34,632 bases of DNA. It comes from Dehalococcoidia bacterium. GTDB taxonomy: Bacteria > Chloroflexota > Dehalococcoidia > SZUA-161. Made by a program: the position numbers and the translations under genes. The notes under the pieces were generated by a model. The model made no database searches, had not been told where the DNA came from, and saw only the letters and a list, made by a program, of their open reading frames with translations. Positions 16,609 through 24,718 of this stretch are shown here, piece after piece. The stretch's first letter is position 1; the number at the start of each line of letters is the position of its first letter. The DNA is taken from the NCBI GenBank assembly GCA_036446335.1, contig JAZFSU010000280.1, forward strand, positions 1 to 34,632, written 5' to 3'.

Positions 16609-17181
16609 CTAGAACATGGCGCCGCCACCTATCACCAATATCGACACCAGGAAGAAAATGATCATGTAAACAAGCCAGCCCACAACACAGGTGCCGATGG
16701 CTCTCCATGTGCCAAAATCCAGAGCCTGCCTTACCGCAATCACGCCGGCAACAAGAGCCCATATGGATGCCCCGAATGCAATCAACCCTCCCACAATCGG
16801 TATGAAATAGAAGAAGGTCAGCACTCTCGGGCTGTTCGAAAAGCCAATGGTCCGCATCAATTCTCCCGGAGTGGCCGAGGTTTCCGGGCCCCTGAATACG
16901 GTAGTACCCAGCCAGTAGGTAAGCATCGACCAGACAAGCCACCCACCTATGCTCGCAGCCATACCTATCAAAAGTCCCCAGAGCAACCATATCCCCCCTT
17001 CCACACGCAAGCCTGCGATACCAGTCCCCAACCCGCTGGCCAGACTTGCTATCAGGACAGAGGCAAGTGCCTGCCTATTGGCAGTGGTATCAGCTTCCAC
17101 CTCCTCATACAGATCGACATCGAGTCTCGCGGCCCTTATCATCCTGTTCACTAGAGAGCGTTCAGCTTCCACGTTTCCCAC
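16609..17181 (-). CDS. Yip1-domain integral membrane protein
   Basis: 190 aa. N-terminal DLYEEVEADTTANRQAL followed by ~5 hydrophobic helices (LIASLASGLG.., WLLWGLLIG.., FYFIPIVGGLIAFGASIWALVAGV..), the Yip1-family architecture. The start could instead be the internal Met at 17142. Confidence 0.65.
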   Translation of the reverse strand: MGNVEAERSLVNRMIRAARLDVDLYEEVEADTTANRQALASVLIASLASGLGTGIAGLRVEGGIWLLWGLLIGMAASIGGWLVWSMLTYWLGTTVFRGPETSATPGELMRTIGFSNSPRVLTFFYFIPIVGGLIAFGASIWALVAGVIAVRQALDFGTWRAIGTCVVGWLVYMIIFFLVSILVIGGGAMF

Positions 17182-17363
17182 CTTTCGCTGTTTTGGATCT
17201 TCGTTTTCCCCATGTGGTCTAGGCTGAGGACTACCCAGTCACAGCCAACTTGCATGGCTTCAATCACACCTTTCGCCACGAGGTTTCTGACCTGGCTTTG
17301 GGAGAGCCCCAACGTTCTTGCGGCTCCGCGAGTTGAGCGCACAGCCGCAAAACACCCTTGCAT
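17151..17363 (-). CDS. Small helix-turn-helix DNA-binding protein (excisionase/MerR-like HTH)
   Basis: 70-aa ORF. AARTLGLSQSQVRNLVAKGVIEAMQVGCDWVV fits the HTH_17-type pattern (AA..LG.S...V..L...G.l.a...G..W.i). There is no clear SD, and the 3' end overlaps the Yip1 gene start. Confidence 0.45.
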   Translation of the reverse strand: MQGCFAAVRSTRGAARTLGLSQSQVRNLVAKGVIEAMQVGCDWVVLSLDHMGKTKIQNSERWETWKLNAL

Positions 17364-17460
17364 GGATATAGAAATGGGTCTTGCCGTTGTTCAAAGAAGG
17401 CTGCATAGATCTCGACTGAGGCAACACTGGCCTTTCCGACTTCTTGCGGGATATCTCGCG

Positions 17461-17841
17461 CTAGTCGGACACTCCCGGAAGCCCCTGCATGTCAGGGAGA
17501 ATCTGCTTGCAACTGGCACACCGGTATTTGGCCTTCCGCCCACCAACTGTGCGAACCGCATTCTCCCTCCCGCAGCCTGGGCACACTAGAATGACAGCGT
17601 CATTGGCCAAAGCCAACCGTTTCTCCATCAAGCGCCTCGCCAACTCTTTTCCTTCCCCATCAGTTACGGGGCGCAGGTTGGCAAGCGCTCTACTGATTTC
17701 CCGTTCGGTAGCGACTGGCTGGGTGAGGAGCTCACAGGCTTCTGCCTTGCCCTTGGCCTCTGCCCTTTTCCAGACTACCAACATAGGAAAGGCAAGTGCG
17801 ACAAGAACCAGAGCGAGAATGATGAATCCGGAGACTCCCAT
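17461..17841 (-). CDS. Hypothetical membrane-anchored protein with C-terminal zinc-ribbon
   Basis: 126 aa. N-terminal TM helix (FIILALVLVALAFPMLVVW), a charged helical linker, and a C-terminal CPGC-x17-CASC four-Cys ribbon. An extended -10-like TGGTATGAT lies upstream on the minus strand (plus-strand ATCATA 17871-17876). Confidence 0.5.
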   Translation of the reverse strand: MGVSGFIILALVLVALAFPMLVVWKRAEAKGKAEACELLTQPVATEREISRALANLRPVTDGEGKELARRLMEKRLALANDAVILVCPGCGRENAVRTVGGRKAKYRCASCKQILPDMQGLPGVSD

Positions 17842-18331
17842 GGGCTCACTTCATTGACAAAGGTCTGTGCATCATACCATATACGTGGGCAGAATGCACG
17901 CCACTGTAGAGACGATTGTGCCAATTTCTCAAGAGCCACGGAAGGGCCAGAAGACCTCTACGGAAAACGGTGTCAGGAGCAGTGAAGATACTCCATCTTC
18001 TATGCAGCCAAGAAACAGGCGTTCTCCGTTCCTGGCTTCGCTTGCAGGCTTTTCCGGCACTTTGGCCCCGCACTCTTCCTTTTTGACAGCCTGATGAGAT
18101 ATACTATCTGCCGAATATCGTCGTGCACGGATTCGCCACCCCACCCAACGGGTAACGGCTCTTTGACGAACTGCAGTACTCTGCGTGTGCAGTTGCATCA
18201 GGGCTTGGGAGGTGAGTGTGACGAATCCGACGGGACGGGGCCGCTCCGGGACGAATCAGCAGTGAATTGCAGGGCTTCGACCGTGAGAAGGCCTCAACTA
18301 GTGTCGTATCTCATGGGACGGTGACGAAGGA

Positions 18332-20416
18332 ATGGCAGCTCCCAAGACTCAACCGCTTCAGGAACTGGCTCGGCTATACGGGATAGAGACGGCGTACGAT
18401 GATGTGGATGACAGTGAGCAGCAAGCCGCCTCGGAAACGCTGCTGGCGGTGCTGGAATCCTTGGGTGCTCCCATCGCACGCCCCGATGACGCCCCCCTGG
18501 CAATACGAGAACGACGGCAAGCCATCTGGCAGCAGCCGCTTGAACCTGTGTCCGTGGCCTGGGAAGGAGAACGTCTCCGACTGAAAGTACGCCTTCCCTC
18601 TGATCTCGCCGATATAGATCTGACCGGGAACCTGACCCTTGACTCGGGCGAAGAACACAGCTGGCAGTGGCGCAGGGACGACGCTCCTGTCCTCGAAGCT
18701 GTAGAAGTCGCGGGCTGCCGCTACGTGACCAGACAATTGCCCCTACCGGGAGACCTGCCTCGCGGCTACCACAGATTCACTCTGGAGTTGCCGGGGAGAC
18801 AAGAGGAGACCTTCATCATCGCCGCACCAGCCAGAGCCTACAGCCCTCTGGACGAATCAAGACTGCGAACTTGGGGAATCTTCCTCCCTTCGTACGCCCT
18901 CCACACCAAAAGAAGCTGGGGCAGCGGCGACTTCTCTGACCTGGAAGCCCTGATTGAGTGGGTAGCGGGGATTGGGGGAAGCATCGTGGCAACCTTGCCC
19001 TTGCTCGCCGCTTTCCTCGACGATCCGTTCGAACCCAGCCCGTACGCTCCAGCCAGTCGCGTTCTTTGGAATACACTCTACGTGGACGCAACCCGAGTCC
19101 CCGAATTGCAGCAATGCCCGGCGGCGAAGGAACTACTGGAGTCCTCATCGTTTCAAGCGGGGATCGATGCTCTGCGCAACCAGCCCCTTGCGGACTACCG
19201 GGAGCAGATGGCTCTGAAGCGACGACTGATGGAATTGCTGGCCGAATGCGTTTTCGCCAGCAATTCGGACCGCCTTCAGAACCTCATGCGGTTCGCAGAA
19301 GCGCATCCGGAGGCAGACGACTATGCACGCTTTCGCGCTGTGTCCGAGAAGCGCTGCGCTTCATGGACATCGTGGCCGAAGCCACTTCGACGCGGTGACC
19401 TGCGAGATGGAGACTACGACGACAAGACGAGGCGCTACCACCTGTATGCTCAATGGCTGGCCGACGAGCAATTCCAGGCCGTTTCCGATACGGCCCGTCG
19501 AAATGACGTGCGGCTATACCTGGACCTGCCTCTCGGCGTTCATCCGGAAAGCTACGATGTCTGGCGGCACCAGGACTTGTTCGTCCAACAAGCCTCAGGA
19601 GGCGCACCTCCCGACACGTTCTTCAGAGAGGGACAGAACTGGGGCTTCCCACCGTTGCATCCGGAAATCGTTCGACAGCGCAACTACGACTATGTTATCG
19701 CATGCCTGCGTCACAGCCTTCGGCACGCAGATATTCTTAGAGTCGACCACGTAATGAGCCTCCACAGGCTCTTCTGGATTCCGAAGGGCATGGAAGCCAG
19801 TCGCGGCGTCTACGTGCGATATGCGGCCGAGGAACTCTATGCTATTCTAGCCCTGGAATCACATCTCAATCAGGCGGTTATCGTTGGGGAAGACCTGGGT
19901 ACCGTGCCACCAGAAGTCAGACCGTCCATGGCCAGACATGGCCTCCATCGCATGTACGTTATGCAATACCAACTGAACTCCAATTCCCGGAAGGCCCTGC
20001 CGGCGGCAACTCCAGACATGGTGGCAAGTGTGAACACGCACGACATGCCCCCGTTCGCGGCTTTCTGGCAGGGGCTGGACATCGAGCACCCAAGCGACAG
20101 GGAACGACGGGATGCACTCAAACAGGCTCTGCTGAGTTTTCTGCAGCACAGAGGCTGGGACGAAGAGCCATCCTCGGCGGACACGCACGCCGTGCTGAAA
20201 GCCGCCCTTGGCTACTTGGGCACATGCTCGGCTCGCATGCTCCTCGTCAATCTGGAGGACCTGTGGCTCGAGACGGAAGCCCAAAACGTGCCGGGCACTC
20301 AAGATGAATACCCAAACTGGCGCCGCAAGGCTCGCCATTCGTTCGAAGTGTTCAGGCAGCTTCCTCAAGTGGTAGATACTCTGCGCGACATTGACCGGAG
20401 CAGGAAGGAGCAGTGA
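18332..20416 (+). CDS. malQ: 4-alpha-glucanotransferase (amylomaltase, GH77) with N-terminal extension
   Basis: 694 aa. WGSGDFSDLEALIEWVAGIGGSIVATLPL, YLDLPLGV, NWGFPP, LRVDHVMSL, IVGEDLGTVP, NTHDMPP are GH77 motifs. The ~190-aa N-terminal domain resembles those of long actinobacterial-type MalQ proteins. Confidence 0.88.
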   Translation: MAAPKTQPLQELARLYGIETAYDDVDDSEQQAASETLLAVLESLGAPIARPDDAPLAIRERRQAIWQQPLEPVSVAWEGERLRLKVRLPSDLADIDLTGNLTLDSGEEHSWQWRRDDAPVLEAVEVAGCRYVTRQLPLPGDLPRGYHRFTLELPGRQEETFIIAAPARAYSPLDESRLRTWGIFLPSYALHTKRSWGSGDFSDLEALIEWVAGIGGSIVATLPLLAAFLDDPFEPSPYAPASRVLWNTLYVDATRVPELQQCPAAKELLESSSFQAGIDALRNQPLADYREQMALKRRLMELLAECVFASNSDRLQNLMRFAEAHPEADDYARFRAVSEKRCASWTSWPKPLRRGDLRDGDYDDKTRRYHLYAQWLADEQFQAVSDTARRNDVRLYLDLPLGVHPESYDVWRHQDLFVQQASGGAPPDTFFREGQNWGFPPLHPEIVRQRNYDYVIACLRHSLRHADILRVDHVMSLHRLFWIPKGMEASRGVYVRYAAEELYAILALESHLNQAVIVGEDLGTVPPEVRPSMARHGLHRMYVMQYQLNSNSRKALPAATPDMVASVNTHDMPPFAAFWQGLDIEHPSDRERRDALKQALLSFLQHRGWDEEPSSADTHAVLKAALGYLGTCSARMLLVNLEDLWLETEAQNVPGTQDEYPNWRRKARHSFEVFRQLPQVVDTLRDIDRSRKEQ

Positions 20417-22287
20417 CTCCGGATATGAGGCAACCGTCTTTGAACCCCGAATCAAGCCTGGGTGCCACCTACCTCGGTGATGGCAAATGCCAGTTCGTCG
20501 TCTGGGCCCCGTTGGCTCAAAAGGCGGACGTGCATCTCATAGCTCCTGAGGAGCGGTTCGTCGCATTGGAGAGAGATGACAGCGGCTATCATCAGGGTCA
20601 AGCAGAGCGCGTGCAGGAGGGCAGCCTCTATTTCTACCGACTGGATGACCGGAAGGAGCGCGCCGATCCCGCCTCCCGCTATCAGCCCGATGGCGTCCAC
20701 GGCCCATCCCAGGTGGTGGACCCTTCTTTCCCCTGGCGAGATGCCGGCTGGTGTGGCCTCCCCCTTCAGGACTATACTATCTACGAATTGCACGTGGGGG
20801 CCTTTACGCCAGAGGGCAGTCTCGAGGCGATCATCCCCCATCTTGACGGGCTGACTCAGTTGGGCATCACCGCCATAGAACTCATGCCCCTTGCCCAATT
20901 CCCCGGCAGCCGCAACTGGGGCTATGATGGGGCCTACCCATTTGCGGTGCAGAACTCGTACGGCGGGCCGACGGGACTGAAGAGACTTGTGGATGCCTGC
21001 CACGAGCGTGGGTTGGCCGTGGTGCTCGACGTGGTCTATAACCATCTTGGCCCTGAAGGCAACTGCCTGGCAGACTACGCTCCATATTTCACCGATCGCT
21101 ACCACACACCGTGGGGACCGGGGATCAATTTCGACGGGTCGGGCAGCGCCGATGTGCGACGGTTCTTCCATGAGAACGCGCTACGATGGATATCGGAGTA
21201 TCACGTCGACGCCCTGCGACTTGATTCAGTCCACGACATCAAGGACCGCTCTGCTGAGCCATTCTTGATGGAGCTGGGAACGAAGGTTCGAGAGGAGGCG
21301 CTGCGACTGGAAAGGCACGTCCATATCATCGCGGAGAGCGCTGTCAACGATGCTGTACTCATCCGTCCCCGTGACCAGGGTGGCTACGGTCTGGATTCTC
21401 AATGGAACGATGACTTCCACCACTCCCTCCACGCTCTCCTCACGGGAGAGCAAACAGGGTATTACGAGAACTTCGGTTCCATCAGTCATCTAGTCAAAGC
21501 TCTGCGTGAAGGATTCGTCTACCGTGGTGTTTACTGCCCGGACAGTCATCATCAGGACGTTACCACCTCCGACGACGTCCCAGCTCACGGGTTTGTCGTC
21601 TTCGCGCAAAACCACGACCAGGTTGGGAACCGCATGCTTGGTGAGCGTCTCAGCCAACTCGTTTCGTTTGAAGCGCTCAAGCTGGCTGCAGGTCTGGTGC
21701 TCCTGTCACCTTTTGTACCTCTTCTGTTCATGGGAGAGGAATATGCGGAGACGGCTCCGTTTCAGTATTTCATCAGTCACTCCAATCCGGAACTCGTGGA
21801 GGCCGTACGGAAAGGGAGAAAAGAGGAGTTCGCCGATTTCCGATGGCACGGCGGCCCGCCTGATCCTCAGGACGAAGCTGCCTATCTGCGCTCCAGGCTC
21901 AACCACAACCTCCGCGGCGAGGGACACCACCGAGTACTACTGGACTTCTATAGAGAGCTGATCCGATTCCGGAAAGACACTCCGTCATTGAGCAATCTGA
22001 GCAAAGATGCCATGCAGGTGTCAGGGCAAGAGGATGTCAGAGTGGTGCTCGTTCGACGGTGGAGCGACCGAGGGGAGACGGCGGCGATCTTCCATTTCGG
22101 GAAGAGCACCACACTTGCCACAGTCTTATTGCCGACTGGCGTCTGGCACAAACGTATTGACGCCTCGGAGGAGCGATGGCATGGTCCTGGAAGCTCGATC
22201 CAGCCGACAATGACCTCAAACGGGCAGGTATCTTTGTGCCTGCCGCCGGAGACGTTCGTGCTGTTCGTCCGCGCAAAGGAGGCTTAG
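20413..22287 (+). CDS. treZ: Malto-oligosyltrehalose trehalohydrolase (GH13)
   Basis: GTG 20413 overlaps the malQ TGA (alternative ATG 20425). YELHVGAFT, GITAIELMP, WGYDG, VVLDVVYNHLGPEGN, HVDALRLDSVH (region II Asp), HIIAES (Glu), FAQNHDQVGNR (region IV): the TreZ pattern. Confidence 0.9.
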   Translation: MTPDMRQPSLNPESSLGATYLGDGKCQFVVWAPLAQKADVHLIAPEERFVALERDDSGYHQGQAERVQEGSLYFYRLDDRKERADPASRYQPDGVHGPSQVVDPSFPWRDAGWCGLPLQDYTIYELHVGAFTPEGSLEAIIPHLDGLTQLGITAIELMPLAQFPGSRNWGYDGAYPFAVQNSYGGPTGLKRLVDACHERGLAVVLDVVYNHLGPEGNCLADYAPYFTDRYHTPWGPGINFDGSGSADVRRFFHENALRWISEYHVDALRLDSVHDIKDRSAEPFLMELGTKVREEALRLERHVHIIAESAVNDAVLIRPRDQGGYGLDSQWNDDFHHSLHALLTGEQTGYYENFGSISHLVKALREGFVYRGVYCPDSHHQDVTTSDDVPAHGFVVFAQNHDQVGNRMLGERLSQLVSFEALKLAAGLVLLSPFVPLLFMGEEYAETAPFQYFISHSNPELVEAVRKGRKEEFADFRWHGGPPDPQDEAAYLRSRLNHNLRGEGHHRVLLDFYRELIRFRKDTPSLSNLSKDAMQVSGQEDVRVVLVRRWSDRGETAAIFHFGKSTTLATVLLPTGVWHKRIDASEERWHGPGSSIQPTMTSNGQVSLCLPPETFVLFVRAKEA

Positions 22288-22291
22288 GTAC

Positions 22292-24718
22292 ATGGACCGC
22301 TACATCTGCATTCACGGCCATTTCTATCAGCCGCCCAGAGAGAACCCATGGCTGGAAGCGATCGAGCTGCAGGATTCGGCCTATCCGCACCATGATTGGA
22401 ACGAGCGGATAACCGAGGAGTGCTACGCTCCCAACTCGGCTTCACGCATCCTGAACTCCGAAGGCAAGATAATAGGGATCACAAACAACTACGCCCAAAT
22501 CAGCTTCAACTTCGGCCCGAGCCTTCTCTCGTGGATGGAATCCAATGCCACGGCAGTGTATCAATCCATTCTTGACGCTGATCGGGAGAGTCAGAAGACC
22601 TTCTCGGGCCACGGATCAGCCCTGGCCCAAGGCTACAACCACATGCTCCTGCCTTTGGCCAACCGGCGAGACAAGTACACTCAGGTGCTCTGGGGAATCT
22701 GGGACTTTGAGCATCGGTTCGGTCGCAAGCCAGAGGGAATGTGGCTCCCGGAAACGGCGGTTGATCTCGAGACTCTGGACATCCTGGCTGAATTGGGCGT
22801 CAGATTCACGATCCTGGCCCCGCACCAGGCCAGCCGGGTCCGGCCCCCGGACAGCGAGGAGTGGCACGATGTGAGCGAGGGAAGTATCGATCCTTCTATG
22901 CCCTATTCACTGTCCCTGCCCTCAGGCCGAATGATAACATTATTCTTCTACGATGGCCCCGTCTCCCGCGCCGTTGCTTTTGAACGCCTGCTCCGCGGAG
23001 GGGAGATCCTGGCAGATCGACTCCTCGGCACCTTCTCTGACGATCCCGCCAGACCCCAACTGGTTCACATAGCCACGGACGGCGAGACCTACGGACATCA
23101 CCATCGCCACGGCGACATGGCGTTGGCCTACGCCCTCAACTACATTGAGTCCAATGGGCTGGCCCGCCTCACCAACTATGGAGAGTACCTTGAGAAATAC
23201 CCGCCCACGCACGAGGTCGAAATCCTCGAGAACACCTCATGGAGCTGCGGCCATGGGATCGAGCGCTGGCGGAGCGACTGCGGATGCAACTCGGGCGCTC
23301 ATGAGGACTGGAGTCAAGCGTGGCGCGCTCCGCTACGAGAAGCGCTTGACTGGCTGCGGGATACCTTGGCCCCGAAGTATGAAGAGGAGACTGGCCTTCT
23401 TTTAAAAGACCCATGGGAGGCAAGGGAAGACTATATCACGGTCATCCTGGACCGATCGGCCGAGAGCATCGGGCGGTTCCTGGAGGAACACGCAGCACGA
23501 GAGCTCAGCGACGCCAGAAGGATCAAGGTACTGAAGCTCATGGAACTGCAGCGCCATGCGATGCTCATGTACACGAGCTGCGGTTGGTTCTTTGACGACG
23601 CGTCAGGCATCGAGACCGTGCAGATCATCCAGTACGCCGGACGGGCCGTTCAACTGGGAGAGGATCTCTTCGGAGACGCGGTCGAGCCCCGATTCCTCGA
23701 ACTCCTCGAGCAGGCCAAGAGCAACGTCCCCGCGCACGGCGACTGCCGCCGCATATATGAGAGATTCGTCAAGCCTGCCACGGTGGACCTGACCAAGGTC
23801 GGTGCCCACTACGCCATCAACTCCCTATTCGAGGCGTACGGGGAGCAGACACGCATCTACTGCTACGACATAGACCTCGAAGACAGCCAGACCTTCGAAG
23901 CTGGCCGGGCCAAGCTGGCGGTGGGGCGGATCAAGGTCGCTTCTCGAATCACTAAGGAGTCGTCCCAGCTAAGTTTTGGCGTCCTGCACTTCGGCGACCA
24001 CAACCTCAACGCGGGCGTTCGAGAATACGAGGGGGACGAGCCATATCGCACCATGGTCTCAGACGTGCCTGAGGCCTTCTCCACCGGAGAGTTCCCTGAG
24101 GTCATCCGAGAGCTGGACAGGCACTTCGGGACCTCTACGTACTCGCTGAGATACCTGTTTCGCGACGAGCAACGCAGGGCTCTGGACCGCATTCTTGAGT
24201 CCACGCTCGCCGAGGTCGAGGCGTCCTACCGGCAGTCGTACGAACTCAACTACCCGCTTATGCGCTTCCTCACTGATCTTGGGAATCCGCTCCCAAGGGG
24301 GCTCCACTCAGCTGCCGAGTTCATCATCAACACTGATCTGGGTCGAGCACTTAGCGGCGACAGCCCCGACCCTGAGCGCATCAAGGGCCTTCTTGACGAT
24401 GCCAGCCTGTGGGACATCGATCTGGAAAGCGAGGGCCTCGGCTATCTTCTCAAGCAAGCATTTGAGAAGCAGATGGAGCACTTCATATTCGCCCCAGATG
24501 ATATGTCCTTTCTCGAAGCACTTCTGGCCACTACCGGGATACTAGATTCCCTGCCCTTCGAGGTGGACCTCTGGAAAGTGCAGAATCTCTTTCACCAGAT
24601 CCTGCGGGATACCTATCCCGAGTTGCAAAGAAGGGCCGAGGAGGGGGATGCAACTGCTGAAGAGTGGACCGCCCAGTTTGCCGCCATCGGAGAGCGACTT
24701 CGAATACGGGTCACCTAG
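22292..24718 (+). CDS. Glycoside hydrolase family 57 protein with long C-terminal extension (DUF3536-like architecture)
   Basis: 808 aa. GH57 conserved regions are seen: IHGHFYQPPRENPW (region I), GMWLPETAV (nucleophile Glu region), IATDGETYGHH (acid/base Asp region). The ~400 aa C-terminal to the catalytic domain is helical and unassigned. Tightly packed between treZ and treY; its TAG is immediately followed by the treY ATG. Confidence 0.85.
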   Translation: MDRYICIHGHFYQPPRENPWLEAIELQDSAYPHHDWNERITEECYAPNSASRILNSEGKIIGITNNYAQISFNFGPSLLSWMESNATAVYQSILDADRESQKTFSGHGSALAQGYNHMLLPLANRRDKYTQVLWGIWDFEHRFGRKPEGMWLPETAVDLETLDILAELGVRFTILAPHQASRVRPPDSEEWHDVSEGSIDPSMPYSLSLPSGRMITLFFYDGPVSRAVAFERLLRGGEILADRLLGTFSDDPARPQLVHIATDGETYGHHHRHGDMALAYALNYIESNGLARLTNYGEYLEKYPPTHEVEILENTSWSCGHGIERWRSDCGCNSGAHEDWSQAWRAPLREALDWLRDTLAPKYEEETGLLLKDPWEAREDYITVILDRSAESIGRFLEEHAARELSDARRIKVLKLMELQRHAMLMYTSCGWFFDDASGIETVQIIQYAGRAVQLGEDLFGDAVEPRFLELLEQAKSNVPAHGDCRRIYERFVKPATVDLTKVGAHYAINSLFEAYGEQTRIYCYDIDLEDSQTFEAGRAKLAVGRIKVASRITKESSQLSFGVLHFGDHNLNAGVREYEGDEPYRTMVSDVPEAFSTGEFPEVIRELDRHFGTSTYSLRYLFRDEQRRALDRILESTLAEVEASYRQSYELNYPLMRFLTDLGNPLPRGLHSAAEFIINTDLGRALSGDSPDPERIKGLLDDASLWDIDLESEGLGYLLKQAFEKQMEHFIFAPDDMSFLEALLATTGILDSLPFEVDLWKVQNLFHQILRDTYPELQRRAEEGDATAEEWTAQFAAIGERLRIRVT

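Noticed and set aside
20452-21171. Long antisense ORFs inside GC-rich genes (this one opposite treZ; also 28449-29159 opposite glgP, 30039-30968 opposite the archaellin-like gene, 16447-17154 opposite Yip1, 4642-5145, 6463-6918).
   Set aside because: All are opposite ORFs with strong family motifs, are rich in Arg/Pro/Gly/Ser as expected for antisense frames of GC-rich coding DNA, and lack start-site signals.
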